A program made the translations under genes and the position numbers. Source: Eledone cirrhosa (lineage: Eukaryota). From it: a stretch of 64,000 bases of DNA. Numbering within the stretch: the stretch's first letter is position 1; each line of letters begins with the position of its first letter. The notes beneath the pieces are model-generated. The model was given only the letters and a program-made list of their open reading frames with translations. It had not been told where the DNA came from and did not search any database. Positions 54,101-64,000 of this stretch are shown here, one piece after another. The DNA lies in the NCBI GenBank assembly GCA_964016885.1, contig OZ024742.1, positions 6,510,001 to 6,574,000 of the forward strand, given 5' to 3'.

Positions 54101-57100
54101 TAACATAGTTTCTTACCTTAGTAGTTAGAGGGTTAACCAGAGCAGTTTAGTGATCTATAACATAGTCCGTTACCCTAGTAGTTAGAGTGTTAACCAGAGC
54201 AGTTTAGTGATCTATAACATAGTTTCTTACCCTAGTAGTTAGAGGGTTAACCAGAGCAGTTTAGTGATTTATAACATAGTTTGTTAGACTAGTAGCTAGA
54301 GGGTTAAGCAGAGCAGTTTAGTGATCTATAACATAGTCTCTTACCCTAGTAGTTAGAGGGTTAACCAGAGCAGTTTAGTGATCTATGACATGGTTTCTTA
54401 CCCTAGTATTTCGAGGGTTAACCAGAGCAGTTTAGTGATCTATAACATAGTCTGTTAGACTAGTAGCTAGAGGGTTAACCAGAGCAGTTTAGTGATCTAT
54501 AACATAGTCCCTTACCCTGGTAGTTAGAGGGTTAACCAGAGCAGTTTAGTGATCTATAACATAGTTTCTTACCCTAGTAGTTAGAGGGTTAACCAGAGCA
54601 GTTTAGTGATATATAACATAGTTTGTTACCCTAGTAGTTAGAGGGTTAACCAGAGCAGTTTAGTGATTTATAACATAGTCCCTTACGCTAGTAGTTAGAG
54701 GGTTAACCAGAGCAGTTTAGTGATCTATAACATAGTTTCTTACCCTAGTAGTTAGAGTGTTAACCAGAGCAGTTTAGTGATATATAACATAGTTTGTTAG
54801 ACTAGTAGTTAGAGGGTTAACCAGAGCAGTTTAGTGATCTATAACATAGTTTCTTACCCTAGTAGTTAGAGGGTTAACCAGAGCAGTTTAGTGATCTATA
54901 ACATAGTCCCTTACCCTAGTATTTCGAGGGTTAACCAGAGCAGTTTAGTGATATATAACATAGTTTGTTAGACTAGTAGTTAGAGGGTTAACCAGAGCAG
55001 TTTAGTGATCTATAACATAGTTTCTTACCCTAGTAGTTAGAGGGTTAACCAGAGCAGTTTAGTGATCTATAACATAGTTTGTTAGACTAGTAGCTAGAGG
55101 GTTAAGCAGAGCAGTTTAGTGATCTATAACATAGTCTCTTACCCTAGTAGTTAGAGGGTTAACCAGAGCAGTTTAGTGATCTATAACATAGTTTGTTAGA
55201 CTAGTAGCTAGAGGGTTAACCAGAGCAGTTTAGTGATCTATAACATAGTCTCTTACCCTAGTAGATAGAGGGTTAACCAGAGCAGTTTAGTGATATATAA
55301 CATAGTCCCTTACCCTAGTAGTTAGAGGGTTAACCAGAGCAGTTAGGTGATCTATAACATGGTTTCTTACCCTAGTATTTCGAGGGTTAACCAGAGCAGT
55401 TTAGTGATCTATAACATAGTTTCTTACCCTAGTAGTTAGAGGCTTAACTAGAGCAGTTTAGTGATATATAACATAGTACCTTACCCTAGTAGTTAGAGGG
55501 TTAACCAGAGCAGTTTAGTGATATATAACATAGTTTGTTAGACTAGTATTTAGAGGGTTAACCAGAGCAGTTTAGTGATCTATAACATAGTCCCTTACCC
55601 TAGTATTTCGAGTGTTAACCAGAGCAGTTTAGTGATCTATAACATAGTTTGTTAGACTAGTAGTTAGAGGGTTAACCAGAGCAGTTTAGTGATCTATAAC
55701 ATAGTTTGTTAGACTAGTAGTTAGAGGGTTAACCAGAGCAGTTTAGTGATCTAAAACATAGTTTCTTAGCCTAGTAGTTAGAGGGTTAAGCAGAGCAGTT
55801 TAGTGATCTATAAAATAGTCTCTCACCCTAGTAGTTAGAGGGTTAACCAGAGCAGTTTAGTGATCTATAACATGGTTTCTTACCCTAGTATTTCGATGGT
55901 TAACCAGAGCAGTTTAGTGATCTATAACATAGTTTCTTACCTTAGTAGTTAGAGGGTTAACCAGAGCAGTTTAGTGATCTATAACATAGTCCGTTACCCT
56001 AGTAGTTAGAGTGTTAACCAGAGCAGTTTAGTGATCTATAACATAGTTTCTTACCCTAGTAGTTAGAGGGTTAACCAGAGCAGTTTAGTGATCTATAACA
56101 TAGTCTCTTACCCTAGTAGTTAGAGGGTTAACCAGAGCAGTTTAGTGATCTATAACATAGTTTCTTACCCTAGTAGTTAGAGGGTTAACCAGAGCAGTTT
56201 AGTGATATATAACATAGTTTCTTACCCTAGTAGTTAGAGGGTTAACCATAGCAGTTTAGTGATCTATAACATAGTTTCTTAGACTAGTAGTTAGAGGGTT
56301 AACAAGAGCAGTTTAGTCATATATAACATAGTTCCTTACCCTAGTAGTTAGAGGGTTAACCAGAGCAGTTTAGTGATATATAACATAGTCCCTTACCCTA
56401 GTAGTTAGAGGGTTAACCAGAGCAGTTTAGTGATCTATAACATAGTTCCTTACCCTAGTAGTTAGAGGGTTAACCAGAGCAGTTTAGTGATCAATGACAC
56501 AGTTCCTTACCCTAGTAGTTAGAGGTTTAACCAGAGCAGTTTAGTGATCTATAACATAGTTTGTTAGACTAGTAGCTAGAGGGTTAACCAGAGCAGTTTA
56601 ATGATCTATAACATAGTCTCTTAGCCTAGTAGTTAGAGGGTTAACCAGAGCAGTTTAGAGATCTATAACATAGTTTGTTAGTCTAGTAGCTAGAGGGTTA
56701 AGCAGAGCAGTTTAGTGATCTATAACATAGTCTCTTACCCTAGTAGTTAGAGGGTTAACCAGAGCAGTTTAGTGATCTATAACATGGTTTCTTACCCTAG
56801 TATTTCGAGGGTTAACCAGAGCAGTTTAGTGATCTATAACAGAGTTTGTTAGACTAGTAGCTAGAGGGTTAACCAGAGCAGTTTAGTGATCTATAACATA
56901 GTCTCTTAGCCTAGTAGATAGAGGGTTAACCAGAGCAGTTTAGTGATATATAACATAGTCCCTTACCCTAGTAGTTAGAGGGTTCACCAGAGCAGTTTAG
57001 TGATCTATAACATGGTTTCTTACCCTAGTATTTCGAGGGTTAACCAGAGCAGTTTAGTGATCTATAACATAGTTTCTTACCCTAGTTGTTAGAGGGTTAA

Positions 57101-60100
57101 CCAGAGCAGTTTAGTGATATATAACATAGTCCCTTACCCTAGTAGTTAGAGGGTCAACCAGAGCAGTTTAGTGATCTATAACATAGTTTCTTACCCTAGT
57201 AGTTAGAGGGTTAACCAGAGCAGTTTAGTGATATATAACATAGTTTGTTAGACTAGTAGCTAGAGGGTTAAGCAGAGCAGTTTAGTGATCTATAACATAG
57301 TCTCTTACCCTAGTAGTTAGAGGGTTAACCAGAGCAGTTTAGTGATCTATGACATGGTTTCTTAGCCTAGTATTTCGAGGGTTAACCAGAGCAGTTTAGT
57401 GATCTATAACATAGTCTGTTAGACTAGTAGCTAGAGGGTTAACCAGAGCAGTTTAGTGATCTATAACATAGTCCCTTACCCTGGTAGTTAGAGGGTTAAC
57501 CAGAGCAGTTTAGTGATCTATAACATAGTTTCTTACCCTAGTAGTTAGAGGGTTAACCAGAGCAGTTTAGTGATATATAACATAGTTTGTTACCCTAGTA
57601 GTTAGAGGGTTAACCAGAGCAGTTTAGTGATTAATAACATAGTCCCTTACGCTAGTAGTTAGAGGGTTAACCAGAGCAGTTTAGTGATCTATAACATAGT
57701 TTCTTACCCTAGTAGTTAGAGTGTTAACCAGAGCAGTTTAGTGATATATAACATAGTTTGTTAGACTAGTAGTTAGAGGGTTAACCAGAGCAGTTTAGTG
57801 ATCTATAACATAGTTTCTTACCCTAGTAGTTAGAGGGTTAACCAGAGCAGTTTAGTGATCTATAACATAGTTTGTTAGACTAGTAGCTAGAGGGTTAAGC
57901 AGAGCAGTTTAGTGATCTATAACATAGTCTCTTACCCTAGTAGTTAGAGGGTTAACCAGAGCAGTTTAGTGATCTATAACATAGTTTGTTAGACTAGTAG
58001 CTAGAGGGTTAACCAGAGCAGTTTAGTGATCTATAACATAGTCTCTTACCCTAGTAGATAGAGGGTTAACCAGAGCAGTTTAGTGATATATAACATAGTC
58101 CCTTACCCTAGTAGTTAGAGGGTTAACCAGAGCAGTTCAGTGATCTATAACATGGTTTCTTACCCTAGTATTTCGAGGGTTAACCAGAGCAGTTTAGTGA
58201 TCTATAACATAGTTTCTTACCCTAGTAGTTAGAGGCTTAACTAGAGCAGTTTAGTGATATATAACATAGTACCTTACCCTAGTAGTTAGAGGGTTAACCA
58301 GAGCAGTTTAGTGATATATAACATAGTTTGTTAGACTAGTATTTAGAGGGTTAACCAGAGCAGTTTAGTGATCTATAACATAGTCCCTTACCCTAGTATT
58401 TCGAGTGTTAACCAGAGCAGTTTAGTGATCTATAACATAGTTTGTTAGACTAGTAGTTAGAGGGTTAACCAGAGCAGTTTAGTGATCTATAACATAGTTT
58501 GTTAGACTAGTAGTTAGAGGGTTAACCAGAGCAGTTTAGTGATCTAAAACATAGTTTCTTAGCCTAGTAGTTAGAGGGTTAAGCAGAGCAGTTTAGTGAT
58601 CTATAAAATAGTCTCTCACCCTAGTAGTTAGAGGGTTAACCAGAGCAGTTTAGTGATCTATAACATGGTTTCTTACCCTAGTATTTCGAGGGTTAACCAG
58701 AGCAGTTTAGTGATCTATAACATAGTTTCTTACCTTAGTAGTTAGAGGGTTAACCAGAGCAGTTTAGTGATCTATAACATAGTCCGTTACCCTAGTAGTT
58801 AGAGTGTTAACCAGAGCAGTTTAGTGATCTATAACATAGTTTCTTACCCTAGTAGTTAGAGGGTTAACCAGAGCAGTTTAGTGATCTATAACATAGTCTC
58901 TTACCCTAGTAGTTAGAGGGTTAACCAGAGCAGTTTAGTGATCTATAACATAGTTTCTTACCCTAGTAGTTAGAGGGTTAACCAGAGCAGTTTAGTGATA
59001 TATAACATAGTTTCTTACCCTAGTAGTTAGAGGGTTAACCAGAGCAGTTTAGTGATCTATAACATAGTTTCTTAGACTAGTAGTTAGAGGGTTAACAAGA
59101 GCAGTTTAGTCATATATAACATAGTTCCTTACCCTAGTAGTTAGAGGGTTAACCAGAGCAGTTTAGTGATATATAACATAGTCCCTTACCCTAGTAGTTA
59201 GAGGGTTAACCAGAGCAGTTTAGTGATCTATAACATAGTTCCTTACCCTAGTAGTTAGAGGGTTAACCAGAGCAGTTTAGTGATCAATGACACAGTTCCT
59301 TACCCTAGTAGTTAGAGGTTTAACCAGAGCAGTTTAGTGATCTATAACATAGTTTGTTAGACTAGTAGCTAGAGGGTTAACCAGAGCAGTTTAATGATCT
59401 ATAACATAGTCTCTTAGCCTAGTAGTTAGAGGGTTAACCAGAGCAGTTTAGAGATCTATAACATAGTTTGTTAGTCTAGTAGCTAGAGGGTTAAGCAGAG
59501 CAGTTTAGTGATCTATAACATAGTCTCTTACCCTAGTAGTTAGAGGGTTAACCAGAGCAGTTTAGTGATCTATAACATGGTTTCTTACCCTAGTATTTCG
59601 AGGGTTAACCAGAGCAGTTTAGTGATCTATAACAGAGTTTGTTAGACTAGTAGCTAGAGGGTTAACCAGAGCAGTTTAGTGATCTATAACATAGTCTCTT
59701 AGCCTAGTAGATAGAGGGTTAACCAGAGCAGTTTAGTGATATATAACATAGTCCCTTACCCTAGTAGTTAGAGGGTTCACCAGAGCAGTTTAGTGATCTA
59801 TAACATGGTTTCTTACCCTAGTATTTCGAGGGTTAACCAGAGCAGTTTAGTGATCTATAACATAGTTTCTTACCCTAGTTGTTAGAGGGTTAACCAGAGC
59901 AGTTTAGTGATATATAACATAGTCCCTTACCCTAGTAGTTAGAGGGTCAACCAGAGCAGTTTAGTGATCTATAACATAGTTTCTTACCCTAGTAGTTAGA
60001 GGGTTAACCAGAGCAGTTTAGTGATATATAACATAGTTTGTTAGACTAGTAGTTAGAGGGTTAACCAGAGCAGTTTAGTGATCTATAACATAGTTTCTTA

Positions 60101-63050
60101 CCCTAGTAGTTAGAGGGTTAACCAGAGCAGTTTAGTGATCTATAACATAGTTTGTTAGACTAGTAGCTAGAGGGTTAAGCAGAGCAGTTTAGTGATCTAT
60201 AACATAGTCTCTTACCCTAGTAGTTAGAGGGTTAACCAGAGCAGTTTAGTGATCTATAACATGGTTTCCTACCCTAGTATTTCGAGGGTTAACCAGAGCA
60301 GTTTAGTGATCTATAACATAGTTTCTTACCCTAGTAGTTAGAGGGTTAACCAGAGCAGTTTAGTGATATATAACATAGTTCGTTACCCTAGTAGTTAGAG
60401 GGTTAACCAGATCAGTTTAGTGATCTATAACATAGTTTCTTACCCTAGTAGTTAGAGGGTTAACCAGAGCAGTTTAGTGATATATAACATAGTCCCTTAC
60501 CCTAGTAGTTAGAGGGTTAAACAGAGCAGTTTAGTGATCTATAACATAGTTTGTTAGACTAGTAGCTAGAGGGTTAACCAGAGCAGTTTAGTGATCTATA
60601 ACATAGTTTCTTACCCTAGTTGTTAGAGGGTTAACCAGAGCAGTTTAGTGATATATAACATAGTCCCTTACCCTAGTAGTTAGAGGGTCAACCAGAGCAG
60701 TTTAGTGATCTATAACATAGTTTCTTACCCTAGTAGTTAGAGGGTTAACCAGAGCAGTTTAGTGATATATAACATAGTTTGTTAGACTAGTAGTTAGAGG
60801 GTTAACCAGAGCAGTTTAGTGATCTATAACATAGTTTCTTACCCTAGTAGTTAGAGGGTTAACCAGAGCAGTTTAGTGATCTATAACATAGTTTGTTAGA
60901 CTAGTAGCTAGAGGGTTAAGCAGAGCAGTTTAGTGATCTATAACATAGTTTCTTACCCTAGTAGTTAGAGGGTTAACCAGAGCAGTTTAGTGATATATAA
61001 CATAGTTCGTTACCCTAGTAGTTAGAGGGTTAACCAGAGCAGTTTAGTGATCTATAACATAGTTTCTTACCCTAGTAGTTAGAGGGTTAACCAGAGCAGT
61101 TTAGTGATATATAACATAGTCCCTTACCCTAGTAGTTAGAGGGTTAACCAGAGCAGTTTAGTGATCTATAACATAGTTTGTTAGACTAGTAGTTAGAGGG
61201 TTAACCAGAGAAGTTTAGTGATCTATAACATAGTTTCTTAGCCTAGTAGTTAGAGGGTTAACCAGAGCAGTTTATTGATCTATAACATAGTTTCTTACCC
61301 TAGTATTTCGAGGGTTAACCAGAGCAGTTTAGTGATCTATAACATAGTTTCTTACCCTAGTAGTTAGAGGGTTAACCAGAGCAGTTTAGTGATCTATAAC
61401 ATAGTTTCTTACCCTAGTAGTTAGAGGGTTAACCAGAGCAGTTTAGTGATATATAACATAGTTTCTTACCCTAGTAGTTAGAGGGTTAACCAGAGCAGTT
61501 TAGTGATTTATAACATTAGTTTGTTAGACAAGTAGCTAGAGGGTTAAGCAGAGCAGTTTAGTGATCTATAACATAGTCTCTTACCCTAGTAGTTAGAGGG
61601 TTAACCAGAGCAGTTTAGTGATCTATGACATGGTTTCTTACCCTAGTATTTCGAGGGTTAACCAGGGCAGTTTAGTGATCTATAACATAGTCTGTTAGAC
61701 TAGTAGCTAGAGGGTTAACCAGAGCAGTTTAGTGATCTATAACATAGTCCCTTACCCTAGTAGTTAGAGGGTTAAGCAGAGCAGTTTAGTGATCTATAAC
61801 ATAGTTTCTTACCCTAGTAGTTAGAGGGTTAACCAGAGCAGTTTAGTGATATATAACATAGTTTGTTACCCTAGTAGTTAGAGGGTTAACCAGAGCAGTT
61901 TAGTGATTTATAACATAGTCCCTTACGCTAGTAGTTAGAGGGTTAACCAGAGCAGTTTAGTGATCTATAACATAGTTTCTTACCCTAGTAGTTAGAGTGT
62001 TAACCAGAGCAGTTTAGTGATATATAACATAGTTTGTTAGACTAGTAGTTAGAGGGTTAACCAGAGCAGTTTAGTGATCTATAACATAGTCCCTTACCCT
62101 AGTATTTCGAGGGTTAACCAGAGCAGTTTAGTGATATATAACATAGTTTGTTAGACTAGTAGTTAGAGGGTTAACCAGAGCAGTTTAGTGATCTATAACA
62201 TAGTTTCTTACCCTAGTAGTTAGAGGGTTAACCAGAGCAGTTTAGTGATCTATAACATAGTTTGTTAGACTAGTAGCTAGAGGGTTAAGCAGAGCAGTTT
62301 AGTGATCTATAACATAGTCTCTTACCCTAGTAGTTAGAGGGTTAACCAGAGCAGTTTAGTGATCTATAACATAGTTTGTTAGACTAGTAGCTAGAGGGTT
62401 AACCAGAGCAGTTTAGTGATCTATAACATAGTCTCTTACCCTAGTAGATAGAGGGTTAACCAGAGCAGTTTAGTGATATATAACATAGTCCCTTACCCTA
62501 GTAGTTAGAGGGTTAACCAGAGCAGTTTAGTGATCTATAACATGGTTTCTTACCCTAGTATTTCGAGGGTTAACCAGAGCAGTTTAGTGATCTATAACAT
62601 AGTTTCTTACCCTAGTAGTTAGAGGCTTAACTAGAGCAGTTTAGTGATATATAACATAGTACCTTACCCTAGTAGTTAGAGGGTTAACCAGAGCAGTTTA
62701 GTGATATATAGCATAGTTTGTTAGACTAGTAGTTAGAGGGTTAACCAGAGCAGTTTAGTGATCTATAACATAGTCCCTTACCCTAGTATTTCGAGTGTTA
62801 ACCAGAGCAGTTTAGTGATCTATAACATAGTTTGTTAGACTAGTAGTTAGAGGGTTAACCAGAGCAGTTTAGTGATCTATAACATAGTTTGTTAGACTAG
62901 TAGTTAGAGGGTTAACCAGAGCAGTTTAGTGATCTATAACATAGTTTCTTAGCCTAGTAGTTAGAGGGTTAAGCAGAGCAGTTTAGTGATCTATAAAATA
63001 GTCTCTCACCCTAGTAGTTAGAGGGTTAACCAGAGCAGTTTAGTGATCTA
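51140..63050. repeat. ~2.9-kb segment repeated at 9,007-bp spacing (~51140-54040 and ~60147-63050)
   Basis: CCAGATCAG (51400, 60407), TAAACAGAGC (51511, 60518), the insertion monomer TTATAACATTAG (52501, 61508) and CTATAAAATAGTCTCTCACC (53984, 62991) all recur at offset 9007 = 158x57+1. Confidence 0.92.
54290..60050. repeat. ~2.8-3.0 kb (49-52 monomer) tandem duplication
   Basis: GGCTTAACTA (55441, 58234), CTAAAACATA (55751, 58544), TTAATGATCT (56598, 59391) and GAGATCTATA (56658, 59451) recur at offset 2793 = 49x57. CCTGGTAG (54516, 57480) recurs at offset 2964 = 52x57. Confidence 0.92.
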
Positions 63051-64000
63051 TAACATAGTCCGTTACCCTAGTAGTTAGAGTGTTAACCAGAGCAGTTTAG
63101 TGATCTATAACATAGTTTCTTACCCTAGTAGTTAGAGGGTTAACCAGAGCAGTTTAGTGATTTATAACATAGTTTGTTAGACTAGTAGCTAGAGGGTTAA
63201 GCAGAGCAGTTTAGTGATCTATAACATAGTATCTTACCCTAGTAGTTAGAGGGTTAACCAGAGCAGTTTAGTGATCTATGACATGGTTTCTTACCCTAGT
63301 ATTTCGAGGGTTAACCAGAGCAGTTTAGTGATCTATAACATAGTCTGTTAGACTAGTAGCTAGAGGGTTAACCAGAGCAGTTTAGTGATCTATAACATAG
63401 TCCCTTACCCTAGTAGTTAGAGGGTTAACCAGAGCAGTTTAGTGATATATAACATAGTTTGTTACCCTAGTAGTTAGAGGGTTAACCAGAGCAGTTTAGT
63501 GATTTATAACATAGTCCCTTACGCTAGTAGTTAGAGGGTTAACCAGAGCAGTTTAGTGATCTATAACATAGTTTCTTACCCTAGTAGTTAGAGTGTTAAC
63601 CAGAGCAGTTTAGTGATATATAACATAGTTTGTTAGACTAGTAGTTAGAGGGTTAACCAGAGCAGTTTAGTGATCTATAACATAGTCCCTTACCCTAGTA
63701 TTTCGAGGGTTAACCAGAGCAGTTTAGTGATATATAACATAGTTTGTTAGACTAGTAGTTAGAGGGTTAACCAGAGCAGTTTAGTGATCTATAACATAGT
63801 TTCTTACCCTAGTAGTTAGAGGGTTAACCAGAGCAGTTTAGTGATCTATAACATAGTTTCTTACCTTAGTAGTTAGAGGGTTAACCAGAGCAGTTTAGTG
63901 ATCTATAACATAGTCCGTTACCCTAGTAGTTAGAGTGTTAACCAGAGCAGTTTAGTGATCTATAACATAGTTTCTTACCCTAGTAGTTAGAGGGTTAACC

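Larger units (their letters stand above)
1..64000. repeat. 57-bp tandem satellite array, ~1,120 head-to-tail monomers, running off both window ends
   Basis: The period is read directly (CTAGTAGTTAGAGGG at 61 and 118, 57 apart) and holds throughout. Most monomers differ from consensus by a few substitutions, with occasional 1-2 bp indels. No orientation switch or foreign insertion was seen. Confidence 0.99.

Noticed and set aside
1-64000. Protein-coding repeat gene in the standard code (57 bp = 19 codons)
   Set aside because: All six frames of the consensus contain at least one stop per monomer. The cleanest frames still have one each (PSS*RVNQSSLVIYNIVSY on +, RNYVIDH*TALVNPLTTRV on -), and inherited indels shift frame.
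1-64000. CRISPR array (regular ~57-bp period with a partially palindromic conserved part)
   Set aside because: There are no unique spacers. The variable part differs by only a few substitutions between units, and no cas genes or leader are present.
1-64000. True telomeric tract or G-quadruplex array
   Set aside because: There is no tandem (TTAGGG)n. Each strand has only one GGG run per 57 bp, too widely spaced for a canonical G4.
1-64000. Rolling-circle/PCR concatemer or sequencing-noise artefact
   Set aside because: Variants, including indels, recur in ordered, nested and position-dependent patterns at exact multiples of 57 bp. Random error or copying of one template would not produce this. 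Local mis-assembly of individual blocks remains possible.
1-64000. Embedded transposon, MITE, tRNA/rRNA or inversion
   Set aside because: Reading through the window I found no non-satellite segment, no terminal repeats flanking foreign DNA and no reverse-orientation monomers.

Overview
The whole 64 kb window is one uninterrupted, head-to-tail tandem array (satellite DNA) of a 57-bp monomer, about 1,120 copies, all in the same orientation. The consensus is CCCTAGTAGTTAGAGGGTTAACCAGAGCAGTTTAGTGATCTATAACATAGTT(T/C)CTTA, about 37% GC with no CpG. I see no gene, RNA gene, transposon, CRISPR array or unique sequence, and all six frames carry stops in nearly every monomer under the standard code. 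The information lies in the variants. A limited set of monomer types recurs in a conserved order (a ~11-13-monomer cassette), nested in near-identical duplications of 0.4-3.5 kb and in 7-9 kb super-blocks. Variant families turn over along the window, and indels become rarer toward the 3' end. Such an array is most typical of eukaryotic heterochromatin (inference). Species and chromosomal location cannot be determined from the sequence. I found no convincing novel biological system. The most speculative lead is that one frame reads as a 19-aa repeat if TAA/TAG encode Gln, but in-frame TGAs and inherited frameshifts argue against it. Offsets were counted by hand from diagnostic variants, and block boundaries are approximate.
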